Source of the DNA: the human T2T-CHM13v2.0 reference genome, Homo sapiens
DNA length: 64,000 nucleotides
Assembly: GCF_009914755.1 (NCBI RefSeq)
Contig: NC_060935.1
Direction: 5' to 3' (one strand)
Below, in pieces: positions 12,831-28,129 of this stretch. Both the position numbers and the translations under genes were made by a program. Under the pieces are notes generated by a model. It did no database searches, was not told where the DNA came from, and saw only the letters and a program-made list of their open reading frames with translations. Position 1 is the stretch's first letter; each line of letters begins with the position of its first letter.

Positions 12831-13802
12831 TCTCTTTTTATCGTTTTAGTTTATAATCCAATTAAAATTGTCAAGTTTGAAACTTGAAAGGGTCATTTGT
12901 TAAAGTTAGTTATTTTAGCAAGAATTTATAAAGAACCCATTATCATAGCTCAGAAAGAGGTTTTCTACTTTAAAGCAAACACCTCATTCAGCAAAAATAG
13001 TTTTTTTTTTTGTCAAGGAAACAAGCATTGCCACTTTAAGAGCTTTTATATGTTGTTTAATGGAATAAAGTGTCTCATTTCTATACAATCCATTAGTATT
13101 TGTGATTAAATTAGCATATAAAGAATAATGAGGTGACTGAGACCAGAGTACACCTGCCTTAATTGATTGCCTGAGTTCCTGGGTTAATAAAATCCAATTA
13201 TTTTCTTATGTAATTGGCACAAAGTTTATTTGTATCTCCTTTTTAGTAAGTTTGTTAATGATATAAGAAAGTAAACAAACCAAACTAATTGTGTGAATGC
13301 CAAGTTCAATTAAATCTTCAGGCCTGACCAAATATCCCTATGTACAGATTAGTTCAAAATCCTTACTTATCTGTAAAACACACACCAAGTTAATCACCCC
13401 TGCCATCCTGACTTGTGTGTTGAAGTGGGAGCAAGAAAGTGTTATAGCTTTTTAAATATAAGTGAAATATCATAGCACTCTGTAATTGGAGAAAGGCCAA
13501 TCAGAGGGAAATCCCAAGTGTTTCAGAGACTGAACTTTAAGTAAGAGACTAGAATGGGCTAGTTTTCTTGAGACTGCTTTTAAGATGTCTCTCAAGTGAC
13601 TTGAATGGTGCCTTCTGGAATCCTATGCCTATTAATAATCCTTGCTCATCCCTGTGCCTTGATTCACCTTGCTGTCAGATTTGCGTATTCTCAGTCCAGC
13701 TCTGCCAAAATACTGTTGTATACAAACTCTAGGATCAAGTTTGACAACTCCCAGACCACTTACAGTTATAGACTCTTGGCCATGGAACATAAACCTGTGA
13801 CC

Positions 13803-14070
13803 GTTTTCTTTTTTTTTTTTTTTAACAGTGTCTCTCTCTGTCACCCAGACTGGAACGCCATGGTGTGAACTTGGCTCCCTGCAGCCTCTACCTCCCAGGC
13901 TCAGGTGATTCTCCCAGGTAGTTGGGACTACTGGTGTGCACCACCATGCCCTGCTAATTTTTGAATTTTTTGTAGAGGCGAGATTTTGCCATGTCGCCCA
14001 AGCTGGTCTCGAACTCCTGAGTTTAAGCAATCCACACACCTCAGGCTCCCAAACAGCTAAGTTGGGAATC
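13803..14070 (-). mobile_element. AluJ (internally deleted, 5'-eroded)
   Basis: T-tail, tctgtcacccagactgg, cctcccaggctcaggtgat, ttttgtagaggcgagattttgccatg. Confidence 0.88.
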
Positions 14071-14524
14071 ATTTGAGTTTGCGCAGGCCTTGGGCATCTG
14101 CATGCTTATTGAGATCCTTTCATCAGATCATCATTATCTTTTATTAGCTCATTCAGCTTGGTTTCTATAGCTTTATCCTTCTTACTTTATATTTCCAATG
14201 TTGCAACAGAAATCCTTTCTTAACCCCAAGCCACTTAGTTGAGGCTTAAACAAAATTATGGATCCCTTACAAGACACCTAAGAACTGTAAGGTAGTATGC
14301 TAGATATTATAGGTACTTTGAGCCTAGCACAGTCTTAAATAGAGTGGGTGAACAGTACATATTTGTTTATTTAAATGTAATGGATTAATATGTTGTACTG
14401 GCAAAATTGTATTTGAGAACCATGCCCTGCATACTCATTGTTTTAAACATCCTTAAATGTCATGGTGATAACTCAACTATTTGCATTGTTACATCACACC
14501 TCCTCAGGAATATTTAGGCTGGTA

Positions 14525-15478
14525 TATAGGACTGCTTACTTGGCATCTCCACTTTAATAAATGTCCACAGCCAAGCTCCTGGTCATCATCTAATACCCAA
14601 TACTTTCCACGCTTTTTCCATTTCTAGTAATGCTCACTTACACATCATAGTTGCTCAGACCAAAAATTTGAAGGCAGGCTTTTTATTTCTCTGAGCTACG
14701 ATCAATCCATTAGCCACTCCTATCAATTCTTCCTTAAAAGAAATTCAAACTTGGACAATTTCTCACCACCATCACATTATGGCCCTGGTCCAAGGCTCCA
14801 AGCCATCATCCTACCTCATCTAAATTATTGCAATAATTTTGATACCCTGCCACTCCTTTGCCTGCCCATGCTCTATGCTCAATAGAACCGGCAGAATGAG
14901 CCTGTTAAAACTTATATCTGATCATGTCGCAATAACCTTTATTGCCTTTGCTCTCACTCAGAGTAAACATCAAAGCCTTTACGGTGGTTTATAAAGCCAC
15001 TCTATATAGATATGTTATTTTACCTTTCACTTTTACTTTTCTGGTCACATCTCCTACTAACTCCCCCTCTTTGCATAAGTGGACTGGCATCAGTTTGGGG
15101 GTACTTTTCATTTAATTCTCTCTCAATTTAGATTATTTCCTGAAATCTCAGTTATCTATATTAGTAGTGCCCTCACCTCCTTTGGGTCTTTAGTGAAATA
15201 TTCCCTCCTCAGTGTGTCTTTTGCTCACAATTCTATTTAAAATATTACCTCTCAATTCTCCCTATTCCTCATTCCTGCTTTATAGTGTTTTCTGCAGTAT
15301 TGGTCATTATCTAATAAGTAAGTGTTTTACTTGTGTATTTTATTTTCTCTTTCCCTCCCATAAAAGTTTAGCTATGTGAGGCCAAAGAATTTTGCATTTT
15401 ATTCCTAGTTGTATCCTCTGCACATGTATAGCTTTTTCAACATATTAATTTCTCAATAATTGTTTGTTAAGTGAATGA
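14525..15478 (+). mobile_element. L2 (L2a-like) 3' fragment
   Basis: acttggcatctccact, gttgctcagaccaaaaat, atcaatccattagc; 3' end ctcaataattgtttgttaagtgaatga. Confidence 0.8.
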
Positions 15479-15509
15479 CAGGATATGATTGTGACAGGTA
15501 AGATTGCTA

Positions 15510-15920
15510 TTGTAATTCTCCACCCTCTTCCAGTAACATGATTGGACACGCATACCTTTCTCTATGTATTTTTGTAGTGATCTTCCACTGTGGGGTGGTG
15601 TGAGGGGGTTTCCCATTCCTTAACTAGGGCTAGATCATGTACCTTGCTATGGCTAATGTGCTCGTAGCAGACATAGTACAAATATAGCTTTAAAATGCAC
15701 TTGAAAGTTCAGGTTGCACCTCTGCCATCAGAAAAGAACATTCCTGAAGCTAGTCAGCCAAACCAAGCTAAGATCAGCAGAGCTACTCCACTGCACCTAG
15801 CTTAGATCAAACTATCCCTAGGAAACTTCCAGATTCATGAGTTAAATAAATGTAAATTATTCAAAACAATAAGTCACTGAGTATAGGAATATTTGCTACT
15901 CAGAAATAGCCACTTATACA
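15510..15920 (+). mobile_element. MLT1 (MaLR) LTR relic
   Basis: gatcatgtaccttgctatggctaatg, aataaatg..aagtcactgagt...gaaatagccacttataca 3' end. Confidence 0.6.
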
Positions 15921-17360
15921 ATGGGCCAAAAGATCAATATTCTCAGGTTACAAAAATGGTACGATGTCTTTCTAATGAGTTACCATGTGCCACATAAATG
16001 CAACTACGAAAACTAAGTAACTAGGATTTTCCACTTTTACTTGGTTACTGGAAAACTCAAATTTTGTTATGTACTCAGTTTTGGTTATTTGTTTCAGCCT
16101 ATATCTTAGAATATAATAATTATCTTCTCCCATAAATATTTCATTTATTACATGATTCTTAATTTTAATCTTTTTTATAGGTTTATTTTTCATTTTACAT
16201 TAATCTATTTCAATTTTTTAATAAATAGAAGTTGTGTGAGTTAACAACTATATCAATTACAATAGCACACATTGTAGAATTTCTACATGAATGCTGCAAA
16301 ATTATTATTTAGAGTGTAAAATTTAAAAAATAAATAAAAATTAATTGATGTTAATGCTATAAAACTAAGTATTTACACAGTAAAATTTAAAAATTAATTA
16401 AAATATGTTGGTTGACTAATGTAAAATAAATAAAGTTGATGACAAATCAATTTTGTGGACTCCACATTCTAGTCTATATAATATAAGAAGGGAAAATTCT
16501 ATATCATCTATTTTCTATGTCTTAATAGCTAAGATTTGAGCTCAGCAGTAAAAGGCTTAGTGCCTCAGTAATGAAACTAAATATTTTACTTATCATTAAA
16601 TCAGTAATTTTTTGGCTGGTTTCTATATTGTAGTAGTAAAATTAGTTCCTATGATAATTAATATAATAAAACAGTGTCACCACCTTAAACAATAAATTAT
16701 CAAATGAATAACAAATTATAATAGGAAGATTCTAAGTCACTTTAAGCCCAATTTTTAAATCTGAATAAATTGAAAAATTTCCCAAACTACTAGTTGAAAA
16801 AAACAAGCAGCCAAATATATCTAAAATGCTATATTACCTTTAAATTCCACAATTAAATCACAAAAAGAACCTCTTCATATACAATAACACACACCCACAC
16901 ATATGAACACATGCACACACGTACGCACTATATAAGTTCACTTTTCTAATAGTTTTTGTAATTTTTCCTTTTTCTTTCTCAGCAATTTTCTAACTATCTT
17001 GAATAAATCTTAAAAGCATACACAGAGTAATTCTTATCTACAAATAGATCCATTATTGCATTCATTATATCTGCAGGGTGGACTTGTACAAGTATAATGT
17101 AAATTCAATTTAGGAATTTAAAAAAAAAGAAGCTAATTAAACCAAAAGATTGAGTCAAAAAAAATGGTGAACTGAGTAGCAAATCATTATGTTAACATTT
17201 TAAATTTAGTAATGGAATTTATTTACTCATTAAATGCTTTTTAAAATTAATTCCTACTTTTGAACTCACTCCTCTTAAATTCAATTAAAGTATTTTAAAA
17301 GGAAAGTGTAAAATCCACTTTGTTTCTAAAGTTTGACTCTAGTTAGAATAGATCCTTTCA

Positions 17361-17646
17361 GACCCGGTGCAGTGGCTCACGCCTGTAATCCCATACTTTG
17401 GGAGGCCGAGGTGGGCGGATCACGAGGTCAGGAGATCCAGACCATCCTGGCTAACACCGTGAAACCTCATCTCTACTAAAAATACAAAAAATTAGCCGGG
17501 CGTGGTGGCGGGCGCCTGTAGTCCCAGCTACTTGGAAGGCTGAGGCAGGAGAATGGCGTGAACCCGGGAGGCGGAGCTTGAAGTGAGCGGAGATCTGCCA
17601 CAGCACTCCAGCCTGGGCGACAGAGGGAGACTCCCTCTCAAAAAAA
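17361..17646 (+). mobile_element. AluY
   Basis: AluY diagnostics; TSD agaatagatcctttca (17345-17360) / agaacagatcctttca (17647-17662). Confidence 0.95.
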
Positions 17647-18499
17647 AGAACAGATCCTTTCAAGGTATACTGACTCATTTTCTGCAAAAATATTAATGTA
17701 CCTGAAATTTTATGTCACTCAGATCCCCTGTATAAGTACTAAGGTCACATTTGTAAACTTTGATGGAAGTGGAAATGAGACTGAATAAGATCAAAGCTGA
17801 AAAATTGAACTGGAAATATAATTGGCCACCATAATATGGTGGCAAGTGAACTTTGTCTTGGTTCAAACTGGTAGAAGAGAAATGACTACAGAGGATTCAA
17901 AATAGCAGTAATACTTCCAACTTTGAAAGGTGCTGTTGTAATTCCAAGTAATTTTCTTTGGGTAGGATCTTAAACAATGGTTTTAATTAAAGGGGCTATG
18001 ATCTAAAATGCATTTCATAGAATTTTACTGTTTTACCCTAGTTTCCAGGGTATTGGGAGAAATACAGATCTCAGCAGAAAATCAAGCATTAAAAGGGAGA
18101 AACTGATGACACACAGAAGTCTTGTCAAATAGGAACAACATGTTGGGGGAAGGACAGGGTGTGATAGAGTTGACATGAAGTTGCTCATGCCCTTCACCAG
18201 TGCTTCTTTTAAAATTGTTTTGTCAATGAATGTTTAGTGCTTATCATTACTGTGTTCAATTTCAACATACAATTGTGAACAACATGCCATTCTTGCCCAC
18301 CCAAATGTGATATCTTTTGAGGGAAGAGAGTCAAACAATTAGACAATTATAATAGAGTGCTATCTGTAGTGGTTCTTGATAACTGCAGTATAGTTAATAT
18401 CAGATCCTTTCCACTGCAAGGTGAAAACTTCTAGAGGAATCTTTATATACATGGCCAGAATTTGATTAGGAACTATTACTAGTTAAAACAAAGCCAATC

Positions 18500-18654
18500 T
18501 AGTAGTGGTCTTATTTACCATGCAGGTAAGTTGCTATCTGCTCTAACCTTGGGTTATCTCATTAACTGAGTAACAGCATTACCTACATCATTGAGCTGCA
18601 GGGAATATTGAGTAAAGCACTACATTGCAGCAGATCAACAAATTGCCTGACACA
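18500..18654 (+). mobile_element. MIR fragment
   Basis: gcaggtaagttgc...ttatctcatt...cattacctacatcatt...ttgcctgacaca. Confidence 0.5.
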
Positions 18655-18924
<270 letters not shown>

Positions 18925-20269
18925 TTATGCAATATTTATTAAAATTACTATTTTTACATTATGGTTGTAGTTAGCTATAATTGAAAAAGGCTAAGGAAGG
19001 AAAGATTAGTGTACAATAGAAAATATTGTAGATAAATTATACACAAAATCTGGAAGATAAAGAATTAAAAACTCAAGAAGAATTTCCCATAATTCACATG
19101 ATTGTCTTCCATGCTGACAGGCAAAACTAATATTCTTTATAACCTGATCATAAAAACATTAATAAGCATTTACCATGGATTTGCATCCTTTCTATCTTTA
19201 TTTAACTCTAGATTGCATGATCTATGCAAGTTACCCTAACCTCTTTTCCCTCATGAATAAATTCATTCCCTATTTAACTTTGCTTCACATCATACAGCAT
19301 AATACATTTTGGAAATATGAGGTTCCAGAAATGTCACACAAATATAGAGCTCTGATGCTTTCTGATAACTCAAAACCCATGGTAAAAAAAATAATAATAA
19401 TCTTAAATAGAGATGGACTGATAGCACGCTAGAAGCTATTGCTGCTGCTAAGTTTAATCAAATATGATTGACATGCTTAGATTTATCACGGAAGGCATCA
19501 CACTTTTTTTTTTTTAACAATCCAGAATGACATACAGCAAAATTTGCTACCAGTGAGTGGAATGAGAAACGCAATGCTCTGTGTTCTGTGGCAAAACATT
19601 AACAACCCAGTTTTGGAATAGAAAATGTTTTTTGTCCTTCATGAGTGTGGCTTCCAGGACCTGTCTCTATTATCTAATCACCTTCACACATTGTGCTTTG
19701 CACCCTGCTCTCTTTCTGACACTCAGGCTGTGCTAATATTTCTTGGGAGGGCATTTGTTCTTGTCCTAAAAGCTTTCAGCTCAACAAGCCATTTTCAGAA
19801 AGACTAAAGATCATTACAATTCCCAAAGATAGGAAAAGATTTTGATAGGAGTTTGTACTGAATAGAAAGGTGTCCCATTTTTAGTATTCACGTTTACCTA
19901 ACTGTGTTTTCTCTAAGTCCTCATTGCCTAGAGGAAATAGGAATTCGAAGGGAATCAAGTGAAACCTCCTTTCTAACTGCACACACTTACTTGCCCTTTG
20001 CATTCGCCCTAACACAAACAGATCATCACCCCTTCCTTCTTCTGAGAAATCTGAAAAAATATTTGTATTAATTTTTAGTTTATCATTTGGAGACTTTGAG
20101 TTGGTAGACTTCTTTTCATAATGAAAAATAGTGTAGTATTTGCTGCTATTAAACACCAAAATTGTTCTTTAATGTAGAAAACATTTCCAGAAATATGAAT
20201 GTCTTCTGTTCAGGTATGTTAATAATTGGGAAGTAGTTGATTAACAGAATAAATGTAGTCCTTCAGACC

Positions 20270-20390
20270 TCAGATCCTCAGAGCATATTGAGTTTCAGAT
20301 AAGTTATATTATACTTGATTCATTACCTGCATAAACTTGGGCAGGTGACTTAATATTTCTAATCCTTGTTTTCTTCCTTCAGAAAAATAT
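20270..20390 (+). mobile_element. MIR fragment
   Basis: cattacctgcataaacttgggcaggtgacttaat...tgttttcttccttcagaaaaat. Confidence 0.55.
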
Positions 20391-21020
20391 TCATAATGGG
20401 CAAAAGATCTGAGAAGGCAAGTCCTCAAATAAGATATACAAATGATTAATAAGCACATAAAATATGCTCAATATTATTAGCAATCATGGAAATGCAAATG
20501 AAGACCACAATGAGATACCACTTAACACTCACTGGGATAGCTTTGATCAAAACCAGATAAAAACACGTTTTAGTGAGGATATAAAAAATTGGAGTCCATA
20601 TATACTCTTGGTGGAAATGATAAATGATGCAGCTGCTTTGGAAAATGGTGTGGACTTCTTTTTTTTTTTTTTTTTTTTTTGAGACTGTGTCTCGCACGGC
20701 TGCGCGGGCTGGAGCGCAATGGCGCCCGCCATCTCAGCTCACTGCAACCTCCGCCTCCCTGGTTCACGCGATTCTCCTGCCTCAGCCTCCTGAGTAGCTG
20801 GGATTACAGGCGCATACAACCACACCCGGCTAATTTTTTGTATTTTTAGTAGAGACGGGGTTTCACTATGTTGGCCAGACTGGTCTCGAACTCCTAACCT
20901 CATGATCCGCCTGCCTCAGCCTCCCAAAGTGCTGGGATTACAGACATGAGCCACCGTGCCTGGCCATGGACATTTCTTTAGAGGTTAAACATACAGTTAA
21001 TGTATGACCCAGTAATTATC
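20390..21020 (+). mobile_element. Old L1M ORF2 C-terminal fragment split by an Alu
   Basis: aatgggcaaaagatctga, ggaaatgcaaatgaagaccacaatgagatacca; resumes after the Alu with ttaaacatacagttaatgtatgacccagtaatt. Confidence 0.8.
20659..20965 (-). mobile_element. AluS (AluSg-like)
   Basis: Long T-tail, complete dimer ending gagccaccgtgcctggcc; cctcatgatcc (Sg/Sc/Y-type 2-nt deletion) with ttggccag. Confidence 0.92.
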
Positions 21021-21583
21021 TAGTAAAGAGGCAATGGAGATTCTTCTGTAGTCTTAAATTGAAATAGTCATTTTCTACAGATGTAGTGTTACTTCTTTTA
21101 TAGCATGTTAATTTGGTAAGGCATGAGAGGTTAAAAAGCCTAATTAGAGATTTCCTGGGGTTTCACTCGTTTGCATCAAATAATGCCTCCTATGCTTATA
21201 ATGCTTCAACTTTATGATCAAATGTTAATGTTAAATATTTTTAATTTTAAAAATAACAATACCTGAAAGTATCAATACTGTTTGGGGTCAATTCGTGTGA
21301 AAATTATTTTCATTTTCTGATTTTTGTCACTAAGAGTGTCTTATATTTGGGACAGGCATCAGGCATTGGAAAGAGAGAAACAAAGTTTAATTCATCATAG
21401 AGTTCATAAGTTAAAATAAACTAGTTGCTCAGGAAAAGCACATTTATTCCTGAGAGTGTGGTAAGAGATAAATGTCATCTGTGGTCTGTTACTGAGAGTA
21501 GAGGAGAATGCATAAAAAAATTGAGCATCCTAATAAGTAGAATCTGCAGTGAAGGCTGGTTTTCCTGTTATTTCTCAAAATAC

Positions 21584-21891
21584 TTTTGTAGAAAAAAAAA
21601 CAGGTTCTTGTTACAAGACCAGGAAAGGTTAGGCACGCAGTCACTTTGAAGGGTGAGGGGGTTACAGAATTTATTGGGCTAAAAGGAAAACGACTCCTAG
21701 CCAAGCAAGAGGGGTTCCTGTTAACATACCCCCATCTCACAGATTGAATCTCAGGTCCCCACCCAGGAACAGGAGAGGCCAGGCTCCTACCCTCTGCAAA
21801 TGGTGGGAGCTTCCTCAGGCCCCACTCCATCCTCCCAGTGCTCAGGCTGGCTGGAGATTCTCCGGGGAACCCTTTTTACTTAGCTGTATTA
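21584..21891 (-). mobile_element. Solo ERV1 LTR, MER61-like
   Basis: Minus strand reads ..cagctaagtaaaaagggttccccggagaatctccagccagcctgagcactgggaggatgg..; 4-bp TSD ATAC at 21580-21583 and 21892-21895. Confidence 0.8.
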
Positions 21892-21955
21892 ATACATTTT
21901 AAAATCATGTAAAAAGCATAAATCGTTCAATGTAATTATTTAATTGGTAATAGAA

Positions 21956-21980
21956 TATGGTGCCAACAGTTGGCACCATA
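21956..21980. repeat. 25-bp perfect palindrome (12-bp arms, 1-nt spacer)
   Basis: tatggtgccaac-a-gttggcaccata. Confidence 0.95.
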
Positions 21981-22046
21981 GAATAGAATATAGTCCTGAG
22001 AGTTGGTGCATGATGCTTTGGCCTGATTCAGGAATAGACTGTCAAC

Positions 22047-22238
22047 CTATGCCATCTGATATAGTAGCCCCCAGCCACATGTGTGGCTATTTAAATTCAG
22101 ATTTAAAATAATTAAAGCTAAGTAAAATTAAAAATCATGTTTCTCCGTCTCAGTAGGCAGACTTAAAGTGCTAATGACAATTGTGTTGATCAAAGACATA
22201 GAACCTTTCCATTATTGCAGAAAGTTTTGGACAGCATA
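22047..22238 (-). mobile_element. MER3-like hAT-Charlie DNA transposon
   Basis: gtagcccccagccacatgtgtggctatttaaatt...atagaacctttccattattgcagaaagttttggacagc. Confidence 0.8.
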
Positions 22239-22337
22239 CCTTTATTACCTAGAATAGTCATTTTTAATTTTTTTGGATTGAGTATTCTTTTGAAAATTCA
22301 AAAAACTTGATCTAAAATGGTAAATTAGGAGCCTTCC

Positions 22338-22427
22338 CTCTTTGGGCAACTATATGTAATATGATTTACTGAATAAACTTGACTCTTTGGGCAACTATAT
22401 GTAATATGATTTACTGAATAAACTCGA
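22338..22427. repeat. 45-bp tandem duplication (44/45 identical)
   Basis: ctctttgggcaactatatgtaatatgatttactgaataaact(t/c)ga x2. Confidence 0.95.
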
Positions 22428-22639
22428 CGCTGTGGAAATTATTGTTTGAATGTGCTTTTTCTTGAAGATTATTGTAAGATCAACTAGTAGTGTTTCCATC
22501 TAAAGATAGAGCCATAACTGTAATAAAACCTCAATTTCAGATTATGACTGACATCATACCCTAAGATTTGAAATACTAGTGAAGAACTGTACAAAGGCTA
22601 AACTTTATTGAAGGGCTGAGGACGATCATAAATATATCA

Positions 22640-22830
22640 ATAATAACACAAATGTGAATTATATTTCTAAGTGCTGTATTAAATGATTTACATATAACAC
22701 CTCATTTAATCCTCAAAAAATCCTATTATACTAAACTCAGAGATGGAAAACAAATAGACGGAATTAGGTAAAGCAACTTGCCTAAGGTAATTCACAACTA
22801 GTAAGAGATGAATCAAGGATTGTACTCCCT
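22640..22830 (-). mobile_element. MIR
   Basis: ctcatttaatcctcaaaaaatccta...gcaacttgcctaaggt...aactagtaag. Confidence 0.7.
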
Positions 22831-23431
22831 TCTATTTTCTACTTCAGATAAGGCTTGTTATACACAGAAAAAAATGGATGAATAAAGTTTCACGTAAGTG
22901 ATGATTATCAACATTTTATCATGGGAAAGTGTTTAAGCAGATATAACTGTAAGTTAACTTGTCCATTAAAAATTAAAATTACCTTTGAATACTTAACTTG
23001 TAATGCTTATACCGTCGTAGAATACAGTAGAAAAAAAAGTGGTTGCAAAATGCAAACCTATAATACATTACTAAATAAAATATCGAGGTTACTACATGAC
23101 ACACATACATTTTTACCTTTAACACTTCTGGGAATTTTAAAAAGATACGTCAAGTCTTTGTGTGTTTTAAATCCTCTTATATTAAATTGGGTGTTAGTAA
23201 ATCAATTTCTATGATCTATAGATTTATTTGGGGCAGAAAATGTTCAATCAAATGACATAAATAAAGACATTATCAAGAGTCTAAAGTATTATGTTTAGAT
23301 TGCTATGATATAAACTTCTTGCTATTTTATTTTTCTTCTTTTTTAGTTCACTTTGTTAAGCTGCACAAAATGCTATGGTGTAAGAAGTTGAAATAATGCA
23401 TCCTAAGAGTTGACTGATGACTGTTCTTTTT

Positions 23432-23749
23432 TTATTTGTTTGTTTTTGTTTTCAAGACAGAGTCTCGCTCTGTCACCCAAGCTGGAGTGCAGTGGCATGA
23501 TCTCGGCTTACTGCATCCTCTACCTCCTGGGTTCAGGACATTCTTGTGCTTCGACTTCCAGAGTAGCTGGGAATACAGGCATGTGCCACCATATCCTGCT
23601 GATTTTTTGTTGTTGTTGTTTGTATTTTTAGTAGAGACAGGGTTTCGGCATGCTGACCAGGCTGGTCTGGAACTCCTGTTCTCAAGTGATCCGTCCCCCT
23701 TACCCTCCCAAAGTGCTGGAATTACAGGTGTGAGCCACCATGTCTGGCC
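23432..23749 (-). mobile_element. AluJb-like
   Basis: Complete diverged dimer; TSD actgttcttttt at ~23420 and 23751. Confidence 0.92.
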
Positions 23750-24243
23750 CACTGTTCTTTTTACAGTTAAAATTACCTGCAGTTGAAAAACAAATATATC
23801 ACACACCACCACTAAACAAATCCTTGTTAGCATGCAACTCATATATAAACACAAACACAAAAATTATATATATATAATGAATCCATTCATACATATAAGT
23901 CCATGTAAAATGTTCAGACGACAGCAAATCTAGGCAACTTGTCAATATTTCACTAGCTAAGAAACATTAAAGTGTTTATGTTTTACTTGAATTGTGTTAT
24001 ACTAAGAATTCAGGATAGATTTACTCATAAAGATGGAAGTTAAATACCTTTTAGTGCTTTAGATATATCTTTTCCATTTCACCAAATATCTCATTGGGAT
24101 CTTAAAACTCTCAGTGCTTGGCTGAGCATATGCAAGTTATACAGAACAAGAAGATTCTTAATCTAAACCACTGATATTTTTCTAGACAACTCCAAAACAA
24201 TAAGCCTTACCACCCCAATGTTTTCTTCTTACCTGAATATCTT

Positions 24244-26795
<2,552 letters not shown>

Positions 26796-27369
26796 TCTCA
26801 TTAATGCAATGTTTGGCCAAGGGCAGTAGAAATACCAGGACTGATTAGCTTTTGAAAAAGATTCAGTACCCATGCAGGCTGCAGTTCTCTTCCTGTTTTC
26901 ATTTTCAAAATTGCTAGGGCTCACTGTGAGATTTTCTCTAATTGCCACATATGTGATATAATTTTCTTCCAAAACATCATAAAATATTAGCTCTCTACTG
27001 CCTTCAACAAACCATCTTTTATATCTTTTTAAAGTTATTTTTGCAACTTTTGAAATTGTATGTGTAATAAAGACTAAAATTATTAATGTGTTGCCTCTTC
27101 AAATCATGAACTAATTAACTCAGCACATGTTCAGTTTCTCTCTAATTTTGTCGCAGTGTTCTACATACACCAGCATACTGAATAGTCAGTCAACACCATT
27201 CAATAGCAATTCAGAAATTGATGGGAATATGGAAGAGCACACAGTTTCAATAAACAAACTTTTCTCCTCAAGTATGAATGTAAAGATAAATACCAGAATT
27301 AAGCATTATTTTATAATGGAAAGATGTTTGAAATAATTTCTAGAAAGGCTGAGTTGTATTTCTCACTTT

Positions 27370-27870
27370 GGCAATATTGCAAACTACATTAGATTACAAA
27401 ATGGCCCCAGTTATTTAACACTCTGAGCTTATGTGTCCACTGTGTATTCATAATTCTAGTAACAACAGTGCAGTCTGTATCCTCATTCTTTGAATATAGG
27501 CTATCCTCGTGATTTGCTATGGCTTATAGAATGCAGCAGAAGTGACAGTGTTCCAGTTCTAAGATTCAGGAGACTTTGCACACATGTCTCTATTGGAATC
27601 CTTCTCGGTGATCTTTCCCAGAGTAGCTTGTTGGATGACAAGATACACATGGCCTAGTCACTGATGGCTCTAAGAACAAGATTGCTACCATATATGTGCA
27701 TGAAGCCATCTTAGGCCAGTCAGTTCTCTGCCAACCTGCTACCTGACTAAAAAGCTATGATCAATTGAGTGTGAGCCACACCAGTATATCATTCAAGCAG
27801 ACCCATAACAATGTGAGAAATAATAATTGTACATTGTTTCAAGTCATTGAGATTGGGGAAGTTTGTAGCA
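27370..27870 (+). mobile_element. MLT1 (MaLR) LTR relic
   Basis: gtgatttgctatggc..tagaatgcagcagaagtgacagtgttccagttctaag; 3' ttgtttcaagtcattgagattgggg. Confidence 0.65.
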
Positions 27871-28105
27871 ATTACTTATTGCTGTACAGTAAAACACTCT
27901 AAACATAATGTCTTAGCAATCATCTATTTAGCTCATAAATTCTGTGGATTAGCAGTTTGGGCTGGACTAGGTTGGTTCTTTGAGTCTCAGCTGGGCTTTC
28001 TCATGGGACTGCAGTCAGCTAACAAGTCATCTAGACAGTTTGCCTAGGATGGCTTCCACCAGGATAGATCATTTATGTTGTGTGTTGTCTCTCATTCACT
28101 ACAAG
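27870..28105 (-). mobile_element. MLT1 LTR fragment, antisense
   Basis: tatttagctcataaattctgtgg..agcagtttgggctggact...ctcagctgggct..ctcatgggactgcagtcagct. Confidence 0.6.
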
Positions 28106-28129
28106 AAAAATTTTAGAATTCTGACATAA

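Noticed and set aside
21584-21891. p53 response element in the MER61-like LTR
   Set aside because: Some MER61 subfamilies carry p53 sites, but I see no tandem RRRCWWGYYY pair in this copy.
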